NCBI GenBank assembly: GCA_963730805.1
Contig: CAVSTL010000006.1
Location: 124,713 to 188,712 of the forward strand
Reading direction: 5' to 3'
Source: an uncultured Acidobacteriota bacterium
Lineage (GTDB): Bacteria; Acidobacteriota; Terriglobia; Terriglobales; Acidobacteriaceae
Length of the DNA: 64,000 bases
Shown here piece by piece: positions 23,601-34,021 of the stretch. The translations under genes and the position numbers were made by a program. Within the stretch, counting starts at the first letter, position 1, and each line of letters begins with the position of its first letter. Under the pieces are notes generated by a model that did no database searches, was not told where the DNA came from, and was given only the letters and a program-made list of their open reading frames with translations.

Positions 23601-24651
23601 ATGCAGAAGCAACTTCTTCTCGCGATCGCCCTTTTCTTCGGCGCCAGTGCCTATGGAGCACAGGATGGCCCGGCGAACGTGCTCGATGAGGCCCAAAAAC
23701 TCATTGACGCACACCAATTGCAAAGAGCGGACGACCTGATTACCGGCCTGTTGCGTCGCGATCCCGTCAACGAAGCCGCCAATGTGAAACTCGGCGAAGT
23801 CCGGCTGGCGGAGGGATTGAACGAAGACGCGATGAAATCCTTCGAGGAGGTCTTGGCTGTTCGGCCTGACTCGACGGCTGCTCGCGCTGGCGAGGTGAAG
23901 GCCGCGGAGGCCGCGGCACTGGCCGACCGCAATGCGGGGGTCGATGGCAGCGCACTGCTATGTTTGATTCGCGCGCGGAAATTCATTCCCGACTCCCCGC
24001 AGTTGTTGCTCGACTTTGGAATCCAGGCCGAGCGCATGAAGATTTACGTTGACGCCGACGCTGCGCTCACTCGCGCGCATGAACTCGCTCCGGACGACGC
24101 GAAGATCATCTACGCCCTCGCCCACGTGCAATTCGATGAGCAGAAAATGCCGGATGCGGAGCGCAATTTGCGTGCCTATCTGCGGGCGCAAGCCCGAGGA
24201 CGCGACCGCGCACTACGGCCTGGGCCGTCTGCTGCACGCGGTTCTGCGCAACGACGATGCGAAGACCGAACTTAACCGGTCAATCGCCTTACAGCCGCGC
24301 CAGAGCGGCTCCTACTACGAACTGGGAGAGATTGCCCGCGAGACGAATCAACTCGATGAAGCGAAGAAGAACTATGATGCGGTGCTCGCCTTCGCGCCGC
24401 ATCATGGCGGCGCGCTTACCGGCCTGGGCATCCTGGCACTTCGCGCCAAGGACAATTCCGCCGCGGAAAAGTACCTTTCGAGTGCAGTGACCTATGCGCC
24501 GGATTATGTCGCGGCACATCACTACTATTCGCTGGTCCTGGCGCGGCTGGGGCGCGAATCGGAATCCCGCCGCGAAGCAGATCTGGCTACGACGCTTAGC
24601 GCGCAGGACGCGAAGGCGAGTCGTGGCAACGAACTTACCGTGATCGAATGA
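23601..24651 (+). CDS. Exported TPR protein with an apparent one-base insertion at about 24183-24190
   Basis: Signal peptide and TPRs in ORF 23601-24275; TPRs continue in the next frame (KPEDATAHYGLGRLL, YYELGEIA). Removing one base joins ...NLRAYLR to KPED.... Confidence 0.8.
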
Positions 24652-24741
24652 CGCAAGCGCAGCCGGTTGCCGCGTGATAGTGTGTTGGAGTTGCGCGGAG
24701 CCGTTTTGGTCGGTCAACTCAAGATTCATTTAAACGAACGA

Positions 24742-25710
24742 ATGGAAGGCGGCTGGAAAAGCAATCCGGCACGCGCGACACTTCTCGCTCTTTTGCTTGC
24801 GCTCTCGACGGGGTGCGCTCACCAGAAACCCGCGACCGTTATGGTCATTACGCCGACGGGGGGGCTCGAGTACTGGGAGAAGTTCAACCATGCGGTGAGA
24901 GCCAGCGCCGAGGGCGCCGGCATTCACACAGAACTGGCTGCCCCGCAAGCGGTGACCGATTACACCGAGCAGGCGCAGATGGTCGAGAACGCAATTGCCC
25001 GCCACGTCCAAGGGATCATCGTCTCGCCGGCGCACCAATTGGTCTTGACGTCGGTACTGCGGAAAGCGGTGCAGGCGCGAATTCCGGTTGTAATCGTGGG
25101 CAGCCCGGTGGCTCTTTCGCCCAGGGATTTCGCGGCTTTCATCGGCTGGAACGAAGAGGAAGCGGGGCGGTTGGCGGCGCGGCGCTTCATCACCCTTCTG
25201 GGCGGAAAAGGCGAAGTAGGCGTGATTGGCGTCAGCCCCACGGTGGAAGGAAGCTCTCTTATCGAAAAAGCATTTGCCGACGAAATCGCGCACGCCCCTC
25301 GAGTCAAGCTTGTGGCGGTGAAATACGGTCTGTCCGACTGGGCGCGAGGCCACCAGGCCGTACTAGACCTGCTGGCGGAACACCCCGACATCAAGGGAAT
25401 TCTCACTACCGATGAATTTTCGACCCATGCCGCGGCCTATGCCTTTGAAGGCCGGGCAAAAAAGCGTCCTTTGTTGATCGGCGTGTCCGACGAGATGAAC
25501 GAGTTGGAGGGACTGCGAGCCGGCCGTACGGATGCGTTGGTCGTGAGCGATCCGCTGGAACTGGGCACGCGCGCGATGCAGGCGATGCGAGCCGCGATTT
25601 CGGGCGCCGACGTGAGTTCCAATTCGACCCATTTGCCGGTTTCTATCGTCGATGCCCAATCGATGCGCGAAAATCCCGTGGTGAGCATGCTTTATCGCCA
25701 GCCCGAATAA
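24742..25710 (+). CDS. Periplasmic sugar-binding protein (RbsB/LacI type I fold), probable lipoprotein
   Basis: LALSTGC lipobox-like; EYWEKF, QAQMVENAI, GIIVSPAH, IPVVIV, IGWNEEEAG, DALVVSDPLELG. Confidence 0.88.
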   Translation: MEGGWKSNPARATLLALLLALSTGCAHQKPATVMVITPTGGLEYWEKFNHAVRASAEGAGIHTELAAPQAVTDYTEQAQMVENAIARHVQGIIVSPAHQLVLTSVLRKAVQARIPVVIVGSPVALSPRDFAAFIGWNEEEAGRLAARRFITLLGGKGEVGVIGVSPTVEGSSLIEKAFADEIAHAPRVKLVAVKYGLSDWARGHQAVLDLLAEHPDIKGILTTDEFSTHAAAYAFEGRAKKRPLLIGVSDEMNELEGLRAGRTDALVVSDPLELGTRAMQAMRAAISGADVSSNSTHLPVSIVDAQSMRENPVVSMLYRQPE

Positions 25711-25723
25711 ACGCCTCGCAGAA

Positions 25724-26377
25724 TCAATCGGCCGTAATCTTCACGTTGCGCCACGACGCCTGCGCATAAAACGAGCGCAATCCCGCGACGCCATTGGTGA
25801 GGCATTGGGCATCCTGGTATTGAAGTTGCGACGCAGGTCCGTCCTTCTGAGCAGTCACGGTCACCGTCAACTGGCACCCCCGGGCCGAAAATGCCAGATG
25901 GTACCACTCTCCCACCCAGACAGGCGAGGCAAGCGAGGATGTCTTGAGTTGGTGCCAATCGTAAGACGCGCGCCCCAGCACCAGGGTCCGCTGATCGGGC
26001 CGGATTCCGGCATAGTATCCCTGGTACGAATCGACGCCCTGCTCCGGGTTGGTGGTTCGAATCACCAGCCCGGCGTCGCCGTAATGGGTCTCGGGAAAAA
26101 GCAGATCGAAGCGAATATCCGCGGAAACCGTGTAGTTGGATCCTTCAGAGTGCTGTGCGATCAGCATGTCTCCGCGTCCATAGGTCGCATTCGAAAAAAC
26201 GCCCTCATGTTCGCTCCATCGCCCTCCGATCGGCTGCCAGCCTTGCATGGTCTCATAGCGGTTGATGTTGTTTTTCTCAGCGATGAGACGGTAGGCGATC
26301 AGCACGCCGCCGCACAAAGCAGCTACGAGAAAAAGCAGGAGAAGCGTTGTTCGCAGAATTCTGGGCACGCTGGGCAT
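25724..26377 (-). CDS. Membrane-anchored DUF1080 / 3-keto-disaccharide hydrolase-like (lectin-fold) protein
   Basis: N-terminal TM, then GWQPIGGRW, YTVSADIRF, DAGLVIR, WYHLAF, GVAGL, WRNVKIT. Confidence 0.65.
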   Translation of the reverse strand: MPSVPRILRTTLLLLFLVAALCGGVLIAYRLIAEKNNINRYETMQGWQPIGGRWSEHEGVFSNATYGRGDMLIAQHSEGSNYTVSADIRFDLLFPETHYGDAGLVIRTTNPEQGVDSYQGYYAGIRPDQRTLVLGRASYDWHQLKTSSLASPVWVGEWYHLAFSARGCQLTVTVTAQKDGPASQLQYQDAQCLTNGVAGLRSFYAQASWRNVKITAD

Positions 26378-26417
26378 TATGGCGGGTAAAGTATAGTGGT
26401 TCGTACTCGCTTCTTCA

Positions 26418-27821
26418 ATGTTCCTGTCTGGAAATGGTTTCGATTGTCTCCGCAGAGTGACCCTGATGGTTTTTCTCCTCAGCCTGGTCGCGCCCCCCGT
26501 CATCGCTGTCATACCGCGCCATGGTCCGACGCCCCTGCAGTCCATCGAGTCGGCAATTCAGTCCGCCAGCTTTGCGAGAACCCCCATCGCCGTGGTGGTG
26601 CGCGGCGTGGTCACGTCGGGCCGGCACCGCATCATCATCGAAGACCGAACCGGGGCGATCGAGGTGCAGCCGCTTCATCCGGAACAGATTTCTCTGGGCG
26701 ATGAAGTCGAGGTTGCGGGCCAGATGGCGATCGCGCCTGAACCGCAGATTCAGCAAGGACAACTGCGGCGCCTGTGGGGTGGATCGATGCCGCTGCCGTT
26801 ATCCATTACGCCCGACCAGGCGGCCGAGGGTGGCAATGAGTTATTCCTGGTAGAGACGGTGGCAAAGCTTCTCGACTTCGCTCCCGCGGGCTTGACCGGT
26901 GTGCGACTCAATCTTCGCGGGGGGCATCAGAATTTTTCCGCGGTGTTGCCCAGCGACAGTCCCGGCGGAGAACTGTCGGCAAAGTCGATGCAGCCGGGGA
27001 CCACACTGCGCTTGACCGGCATCCTGGTTGTGAATCACGGACTCGGCGGGGATGCATTCTCCCTCGAACTGCGAACCCCGGAGGACATCGACCTGGTTGA
27101 GCTTCCCTCGTGGTGGACGCGCGCGCACCTGTTGCTGCTGGGAGCGATTTCGGTCATTCTCATCCTCGCCGTGATCAGCTTCGCCATTCACATCCGCCAT
27201 GCGCGGTATCGTGCTGTCGCCGAGGAACGCGCCAGCATTGCCCGCGACCTGCACGACACGCTGGCGCAGGGATACGCGGGGATTACGCTGCAACTGGAAG
27301 CTGCCCAGCATATGATCGGACGCGACACCGAGCGCGCCGAATCGCTTTTGAACGAGGCGCTGCAACTGGTTCGACACAGCCGTCACGAATCTCATCTTTC
27401 CATCGATGTTCTGCGCTCGCTTTCGCGCGACAGCCGGCTTGAAGTGCTGGTCTCGCGCAGCATTCAGCAGCTCCGGGCAGGTTGTGACGGCAGGATCGAA
27501 CAGCACGTCACCGGAAATCCCACGGTCCTGTCGTACTTCATGGTGAACAATCTCTTCCGCATTGTGCAGGAAGCCCTCGCCAACGCCGTGAACCACTCGC
27601 ATGCGGCCAGGATTGCGATTCGGGTCGATTATCGCAAGCATGGTGTACTCATCGAAGTGGAAGACAACGGCACCGGATTCAATCCGTGCAGCGTTCCGGG
27701 GCCGGAGGAAGGCCACTTCGGGTTGGTGGGCATGCGCGAGCGCTGCGCCTCGATCAACGCTAAATTTGAATTGCAGTCCGCCGCGTCGGGCACTATAGTC
27801 CGCGTAAGGGCTGACGTATGA
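26418..27821 (+). CDS. Sensor histidine kinase, NarX/UhpB (HisKA_3) type
   Basis: Signal peptide, about 200-aa extracytoplasmic part, TM, ERASIARDLHDTLAQG, QEALANAVNHS, EDNGTGF, GHFGLVGMRER. Confidence 0.92.
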   Translation: MFLSGNGFDCLRRVTLMVFLLSLVAPPVIAVIPRHGPTPLQSIESAIQSASFARTPIAVVVRGVVTSGRHRIIIEDRTGAIEVQPLHPEQISLGDEVEVAGQMAIAPEPQIQQGQLRRLWGGSMPLPLSITPDQAAEGGNELFLVETVAKLLDFAPAGLTGVRLNLRGGHQNFSAVLPSDSPGGELSAKSMQPGTTLRLTGILVVNHGLGGDAFSLELRTPEDIDLVELPSWWTRAHLLLLGAISVILILAVISFAIHIRHARYRAVAEERASIARDLHDTLAQGYAGITLQLEAAQHMIGRDTERAESLLNEALQLVRHSRHESHLSIDVLRSLSRDSRLEVLVSRSIQQLRAGCDGRIEQHVTGNPTVLSYFMVNNLFRIVQEALANAVNHSHAARIAIRVDYRKHGVLIEVEDNGTGFNPCSVPGPEEGHFGLVGMRERCASINAKFELQSAASGTIVRVRADV

Positions 27822-28507
27822 CAAAGGAATCGAGCGTGAACCAAACCCACTCGCGGTCAGCCTCCGCCTTACCCGCCACGAAGACCATTCGGATCCTCGT
27901 GGCCGACGACCATCTTGTCTATCGCATCGGCATCCGCAACCTGCTGGCTTCCGAGCCTGGATTTGAAGTGATCGGCGAAGCGCCAGATGGATTGCAGGCC
28001 ATCGAGATGTATCGCGTTCTTCGGCCTGACGTGTTGCTGCTCGATCTGCGCATGCCGCAAAAGAACGGTATCGAAGTGGTTCAGGCGATCCGGCGCGACG
28101 ACCCTGGAGCACGAATCCTGGTAGTTACCAGCTATCAAACCGAAGAGGAGATTTTTCAGGTCCTGCAGGCAGGCGCGCTCGGCTACGTGCTCAAGGATGT
28201 CGGTCGCGAAACGCTGGTTGAAGCGGTGCGGTCGGTGGATGCCGGAACACGCTGGATTTCTCCGGCTATCGCGCGCCAGTTCGCCGACCGCGCCGTTCGC
28301 CAGCAATTGACCGTGCGCGAACTTGAGGTCCTGAGGCTGCTCGCCCGGGGGTTGACCAACCGCGAAATCGCCAATGTTTACAGTATCTCTGCGAACACCG
28401 TGAAGAATCATCTGAACAGCCTGATGGCCAAGCTGGAGGTTGCCGACCGGACCGAAGCGGTGAGCTTCTGCCTGGCCCGCGGTATCGTTCGCCCCGAGGA
28501 CATGTAA
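27818..28507 (+). CDS. NarL/FixJ (LuxR-HTH) response regulator
   Basis: ILVADDH, LLDLRMP, LTVRELEVLRLLARGLTNREIA; ATGA overlap with the kinase. Confidence 0.95.
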   Translation: MTKESSVNQTHSRSASALPATKTIRILVADDHLVYRIGIRNLLASEPGFEVIGEAPDGLQAIEMYRVLRPDVLLLDLRMPQKNGIEVVQAIRRDDPGARILVVTSYQTEEEIFQVLQAGALGYVLKDVGRETLVEAVRSVDAGTRWISPAIARQFADRAVRQQLTVRELEVLRLLARGLTNREIANVYSISANTVKNHLNSLMAKLEVADRTEAVSFCLARGIVRPEDM

Positions 28508-28858
28508 GTGGTGTCTCCCGCCATGCGGTTTTCGCGCAGCGGGCCAACATACATGATTTGAATCGGCTCCGTCAATAGCCTTATCTTCTCAAGACACGTC
28601 CTTCGAGCGCGCCTTAGCTTGTTATGCCAAGAGTCGAAACAGGTCCTCCGCGCCCAGCGTGGAGGATCCGAGAAAACATCTCCAATTCTATCCCCGGTTT
28701 TGCTACGTCTCTCCGATGCAAGGAGAGCACGTAGACGGTCACCGATGTTGTTGGTGGATTTCCGGTTCATTGGGCAATGTATTTCGCATTGCCGATCGAC
28801 TGGTGGCGCGCCACAGCATACGCGTGTACGCATCACGACGCTGTTTTGGAGACGCAAC

Positions 28859-31800
28859 ATGAGAAATAATTTTCGAGGCTGGACATACTGCGCTGTTCTT
28901 CTGGTGCTGCTGTGCGCGGCGGCTCTTCAAGCTCAATCGGTGCACGGTTCCATTGCGGGAGTGGTGACCGACGCGACGGGCGCGGTGATCCCGGAGGCAA
29001 AGGTTTCGGTGCTCAATGAAGGGACGGGCGCGGCGTATTCGGGGAGCACGACGTCGGCTGGCGTATACCGGTTTGAAGATGTGGCGCTGGGCCAGTACAC
29101 CGTGACGGTGGGCGCACCCGGATTCAAGACTTCGGTGACCAAGAATGTTCTGGTGCAGATTGGAACCGTTGCCGCCGTGGATGTGGCTCTGCAGGCCGGC
29201 GCGGTAGCCGAACAGGTGACGGTCACCAGCGAGGGAACGCGGCTCGAAACCGAGTCGTCCGACATTGGAGGCGTGGTCAGTGAGAAACAGATCACCGAAT
29301 TGCCTCTAGCCCTGGGCGGCGTGGGGGCCATGCGCGCCAACGAAGGTTTCGTATTTCTCCAGCCCGCAACCACAGGTCCCGGAGTCGCGGATTCCAACGG
29401 TGTTTTCCTGTCCAAGGTAGCCGGCGGACAGAACTACGGCAACGAAGTGTTGATCGACGGAATCAGCCAGGAGCGCAGCGAAAACGGCTCGTCGTACGAC
29501 GAGGAAGCGCCATCGGTGGAAGCGTTGGCCGAATTCAAAGTGACCACCTCGCTACCCCAGGCCGAATTCGGGCGCACCACGGGCGGCGTCGAGAGCTTTG
29601 TTACCAAGAGCGGAACGAATCAATACCATGGCGGTGCGTACGATATCTTCCGCGATCGCTCGCTCGACGCTAACAGTTGGTTCAACAATGGCTGGCGGGC
29701 GAAAGACTGCACCGGATCGGATAACACCCCGGCCTGCCAGGCGCAGTGGGCGACACCCGCCGATCACAAGAACGATTACGGCGTGACCATGGGCGGTCCC
29801 GTTCGAATTCCTCACCTGTTCAATGGCCACGACAAAAGCTTCTTCTTCTTCTCATGGGAGCAGCTTAAGTATTCGACGAGTGCGTCGGTAATCAATACCG
29901 TTCCCACAGTGGCCGAGCGCGGCGGCGACTTCTCCGATCGTCTTACCGCCACGGCGCAGGGGAAAAATCCTTGCGATGGTTCGACGGTCTACGCTGGGGA
30001 GATCTTCGACCCCGCAACTACCAAGACCATCGCCACTTCGAGCGGAACCGTCGAATGTCGTACGGCGTTTCCCAACAACGTGATTCCGCCCGGAAGGTTG
30101 AGCACCGTGGCCAAAGCCCTGGTCGCCTATTATCCACAGCCGACCAGCAGCGGAATTTTCAGCAACTACACGCAGGTCTCTCTCAAACCGATCACCAATA
30201 CGACGTACACCGTCCGCATTGACCAGAATGTCAGTGAGAAGATCAAGTTCTGGGGATCGTACAGCACTCGCGAAAATGCTTTGTTTACCGGGGGATTTGC
30301 TACCCTGCCCTCTCCCGTCAGCACGCAGGGCTGGTGGCAGGACTTTACCACGCACTTTGGCCGCGCCGGCTTCAATTACACGATGAAGCCGAATCTGCTC
30401 AACTACCTGATTTTCGGGGCCGACCGCAGCAACAGCAAGAACTACTCACAGGCGGCCAATATCGGGAAGAACTGGTCGCAGCTGGTCGGCCTTGGCAATG
30501 CCGGCGGCAAGAACTTTCCCGGAATCAGCACCGGCGACGCGGAGGTGGGCCTGGGCAACACCGGTAACAACGACGACGAGGTGGACAACGGGTTCTACCT
30601 CGACGACGCGATCGTCTGGACCCATGGACACCACAACTTCAAGTTTGGCGGCGAGGTGCACTACCAGCAGTTCTCCCATATCGTCGGGAGGAACGAAAAC
30701 ATCAGCTTCAGCGCCAACGAGACCTCTGCCTCTCCGACACAGGGAGGGGGCCTGGGCTTCGCCAGCCTGATGCTGGGCGAGGCCGACGGCGGCGGCACCA
30801 ACGTGACGGTGCACGCTCCGCGATGGATTTCCTCGTACTACGGCTTTTTCGGCCAGGACGATTTCAAGGTGACGCCGAATCTCACTCTCAATATCGGCCT
30901 GCGCTACGACGTGGAAGTGCCGCGCAAGGAAGCCCGCAACCTGTCGTCAAACTTCAGCTTCACGGCCACTGATCCGGAATTCAACATTCCCGGCGCGCTG
31001 GTATTTGGCGACAAGTGCAACTGCAATGCGCGCTGGGCAAACACGTGGTATAAAGACTTCGCTCCGCGCGTCGGCTTTGCCTGGACGCCGAGTTTCCTGC
31101 ACCAGAAAACTGTTCTCCGCGGCGGTTCGGGGATCATTTACGGCCCTCTGCTGTACAGCGATTTCGGAGGCGGCATGGCCACCGGGTACACGGTGAATCC
31201 TTCTGCGCCCAGCCACAACGGCTTCGATCCGTCCTTCGAAATTGATAACGGCATGCCGGCATTTACGCCGCCTCCGAATGAAGACCCTGGGATCTACAAC
31301 GGCAGCTTTGTGCCGGGATCGTACATCACCAAAGATGCAGCCCGTCCGGCAACTGTCTACAACTGGAATCTGGAAGTTCAACACCAGGTGGCGACCGACC
31401 TGATTGCGACGGTGGGCTACATCGGGAACCATTCAACTGACCTAGCATCGAATCTTCTCAATCCCAACAACATGTCCACGAAATACTTCAACCTGGCCGA
31501 CGCGCTTTACCAGTCGTTCAATGGCAACAGCGCCGGGGTTACTGCGCCCTTCCCGCAATTCCTGCAAAACTGGGGCGGCAATCCGCAGCTTCAGCAGGCT
31601 CTGCGCCCTTTCCCGCAGTATGACTTTATCGACCAGGGATGCTGCCTTGAAAACGTGGGCATGTCGAGCTTCAATGCGCTGGTGGCAAGCGTGCAGCGGC
31701 ACTATCACCAGGGTTTGAACCTGCAGGTGTCGTATACGTGGGCCAAGACCTTCACCGATGCCGACAGCGCGCTGCCGAATGTGGGGCAACGAGTTGTGCA

Positions 31801-32593
31801 GGATATGCATGTCGAAAACCTGCATCTTGAAAAAGCTGTGTCCTGGCTGGACCTGCGCCACACCCTGGTCTTCAGCGGCCTCTACGAATTCCCCTTCGGC
31901 AAGGGCAAGCAGTATCTCAACCACGGTCTCTTGTCTCAAATCGCAGGCGGCTGGGAAGTGGGCACAGTTGAGCGTCTGCAATCCGGTCAGCCGTTGTCGT
32001 TTGGCTGCGCCACGGCGATTCCCGGATTTCAGAATTGCATCCGCTTCAGCAGGGTACCGGGAGTGTCACTCAAAAGCCCGGCTTATCGGAGCGGACCAAA
32101 ACATCTCAATCCCTTCTTTGTTCCCACGGTTGCGATTCCTGCCGCGGATCCAAATTCGAACACCATGTTCAACCTGGAGTACAACGACGCAACGTTGTCA
32201 GGGACTAATATTCAAGGCGCACCCTATGCGTTTTACGACTCCAACGCTAACTATGCGCGCGATTGCCAGGGGACGGACCCCAATGGTTCGCACTATCTTC
32301 CCAACTGCAAAGGAGGTCTCGATCAACCGTATGTCTTTCCTACCGGCTTGCCTCGCACCACAAGCGAAATACGCCTGCCTGCCTATTTCAATAACGACTT
32401 GAGCATTATCAAGAAGTTCCCGTTCTACGAGAACTATACCCTCAGCATCAAGGCGGAGTTTTTGAACACTTTCAACCAACACGTCTTTGGTGAACCTGAT
32501 CTGAATCCTTATAACATCGGCGGCTTCGGGGTTCCGACTTACACGGTGAACGGTCCGAGAAACATCCAACTTACGGCAAGGTTCCAGTTTTAG
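28859..32593 (+). CDS. TonB-dependent receptor with N-terminal carboxypeptidase-regulatory-like domain (acidobacterial Oar-like)
   Basis: ATG after GGAG; GSIAGVVTDATGAVIP, TKSGTNQYHGGAY, NIGLRYD, FAPRVGFAW; ends RNIQLTARFQF with a terminal Phe. Confidence 0.95.
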   Translation: MRNNFRGWTYCAVLLVLLCAAALQAQSVHGSIAGVVTDATGAVIPEAKVSVLNEGTGAAYSGSTTSAGVYRFEDVALGQYTVTVGAPGFKTSVTKNVLVQIGTVAAVDVALQAGAVAEQVTVTSEGTRLETESSDIGGVVSEKQITELPLALGGVGAMRANEGFVFLQPATTGPGVADSNGVFLSKVAGGQNYGNEVLIDGISQERSENGSSYDEEAPSVEALAEFKVTTSLPQAEFGRTTGGVESFVTKSGTNQYHGGAYDIFRDRSLDANSWFNNGWRAKDCTGSDNTPACQAQWATPADHKNDYGVTMGGPVRIPHLFNGHDKSFFFFSWEQLKYSTSASVINTVPTVAERGGDFSDRLTATAQGKNPCDGSTVYAGEIFDPATTKTIATSSGTVECRTAFPNNVIPPGRLSTVAKALVAYYPQPTSSGIFSNYTQVSLKPITNTTYTVRIDQNVSEKIKFWGSYSTRENALFTGGFATLPSPVSTQGWWQDFTTHFGRAGFNYTMKPNLLNYLIFGADRSNSKNYSQAANIGKNWSQLVGLGNAGGKNFPGISTGDAEVGLGNTGNNDDEVDNGFYLDDAIVWTHGHHNFKFGGEVHYQQFSHIVGRNENISFSANETSASPTQGGGLGFASLMLGEADGGGTNVTVHAPRWISSYYGFFGQDDFKVTPNLTLNIGLRYDVEVPRKEARNLSSNFSFTATDPEFNIPGALVFGDKCNCNARWANTWYKDFAPRVGFAWTPSFLHQKTVLRGGSGIIYGPLLYSDFGGGMATGYTVNPSAPSHNGFDPSFEIDNGMPAFTPPPNEDPGIYNGSFVPGSYITKDAARPATVYNWNLEVQHQVATDLIATVGYIGNHSTDLASNLLNPNNMSTKYFNLADALYQSFNGNSAGVTAPFPQFLQNWGGNPQLQQALRPFPQYDFIDQGCCLENVGMSSFNALVASVQRHYHQGLNLQVSYTWAKTFTDADSALPNVGQRVVQDMHVENLHLEKAVSWLDLRHTLVFSGLYEFPFGKGKQYLNHGLLSQIAGGWEVGTVERLQSGQPLSFGCATAIPGFQNCIRFSRVPGVSLKSPAYRSGPKHLNPFFVPTVAIPAADPNSNTMFNLEYNDATLSGTNIQGAPYAFYDSNANYARDCQGTDPNGSHYLPNCKGGLDQPYVFPTGLPRTTSEIRLPAYFNNDLSIIKKFPFYENYTLSIKAEFLNTFNQHVFGEPDLNPYNIGGFGVPTYTVNGPRNIQLTARFQF

Positions 32594-32605
32594 GCGAAAG
32601 CGAAC

Positions 32606-32642
32606 CGGAGGATGCAAGCCTCCTGCATCCTCCGTTCTTTTT
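32606..32642 (+). terminator. Intrinsic terminator after the TonB-dependent receptor
   Basis: CGGAGGATGCA-agcctcc-TGCATCCTCCG followed by TTCTTTTT. Confidence 0.85.
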
Positions 32643-32728
32643 ACACGGCATGTTTTCGCAAGAACAACTATGGCGTATTCTTCATTCGATATGCATACTT
32701 GGAGAGGTTAATCACGGGGATATTTCGA

Positions 32729-33910
32729 ATGAGAATGCTTCCTATTCTGTGCCTTTCAGGCCTCCTTGCCGCCGGCAGACTGGGGGCACAGCCCTCCTCG
32801 GAAACCCTCGAAGGGTCGCTCCGCAAGGGCACCGAGGCAATTCATGCGGGCCACTATGAAGAAGCAGAGAGTTGGTTTCGTGCCGCAGTCAAGGCTAGTT
32901 CTGATAACGCACCGGCGCTAATGGAACTCGGTGTCGCACAGTTGGGGCTGGGCAGGCCGGGTGAAGCAGTTGACAACCTGCGCAAGGCAATCGCACTCAG
33001 CCCGGAAATGCCGGGAGCGAGCCTGTTTCTTGGCATCGCTTACGCCCAGATGCATCGTGTCGAAGATGCAGTTTCGGCGCTCCATCGCGAGACAGAACTC
33101 GATCCAAAAAACGCGCAAGCGTGGATGTGGCAGGGGGTTGTGGAGCTGCAGGATGGGCATCCGGAAAAAGCGACAGAGCCCTTCGATCGCGCCGCTGAAT
33201 TGGCGCCGAACGATCTGAACATTCTCGAGTATCGCGGCAAGGCGCACAGCGAAGTGGCTTTCGCCAGTTACGCCCGCATGGCGGTTCTCGATCCGACCTC
33301 GTGGCACGTTCACCGCGTGCAGGGACAGATGTACTCGCAACAAAATCAGCACAAGGAGGCCATCGCCGAATTTCTTGAAGCGATCAAGCTGATGCCCAAC
33401 AACTCCGATCTCTACGAAGAACTGGGCGGCGAATACCGCAAGACGAGCGCGCTCGACCTGGCGCAGCAGGCGTACAGCCGGGAGCTGGAATTAAGTCCCA
33501 ACAATCCTATCGCGATGTACAATCTGGCCAAAATCGACATCGAGACCAATCGCGGCGCAGAGGGGCTGGAATTGCTGCGCAAGGTCACGGCCAACTATGC
33601 CAACGTTCCTGCGACGTATTTTTACCTCGGCCTGGGTGAATTCGATGCGGGCAACACAAGCGAGGCGTTGGCGGCTCTGGAGAAAGCGCGGGGCATGAAT
33701 CCGGAGCCGGAATTGGCGCCCCGCGTGGAATATGAATTGTCGCGGGTGTATCGCAAACTGGGGAGGACCGAAGACGCAAACCGCGCAATCCATGAGTACA
33801 CGCGGATGAAGGAGAAGAACGCGAAGCTGAACCCCGCGGTGCTCTCGGCAATCTCAAGCGGATTCGGGTCGGCTGAGGTTCCCGCGACCGAGCCAAAGAG
33901 CAAAGACTAA
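32729..33910 (+). CDS. Exported TPR protein
   Basis: Signal peptide MRMLPILCLSGLLAAG and about nine TPR-like repeats. Confidence 0.88.
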   Translation: MRMLPILCLSGLLAAGRLGAQPSSETLEGSLRKGTEAIHAGHYEEAESWFRAAVKASSDNAPALMELGVAQLGLGRPGEAVDNLRKAIALSPEMPGASLFLGIAYAQMHRVEDAVSALHRETELDPKNAQAWMWQGVVELQDGHPEKATEPFDRAAELAPNDLNILEYRGKAHSEVAFASYARMAVLDPTSWHVHRVQGQMYSQQNQHKEAIAEFLEAIKLMPNNSDLYEELGGEYRKTSALDLAQQAYSRELELSPNNPIAMYNLAKIDIETNRGAEGLELLRKVTANYANVPATYFYLGLGEFDAGNTSEALAALEKARGMNPEPELAPRVEYELSRVYRKLGRTEDANRAIHEYTRMKEKNAKLNPAVLSAISSGFGSAEVPATEPKSKD

Positions 33911-34021
33911 GGCGCTGTGCAAATCCGGTCGTGCGCCTGCATCCACTACGAGATCTCCCGCCCTGTTCCGGGGGTGACCGCTCGAAATGCGTCGCTTGAA
34001 TTTTGCAAGAAGGGGCTGAAA

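Noticed and set aside
26841-28112. 423-aa minus-strand ORF and other long antisense ORFs (46653-47876, 48168-49127, 52313-53449, 57049-58398, 10850-11515)
   Set aside because: Shadow frames of well-supported genes in GC-rich DNA, with no recognisable motifs.
28859-32593. Numerous Cys pairs in the TonB receptor loops
   Set aside because: Common in acidobacterial receptors of this type as far as I recall; not distinctive.
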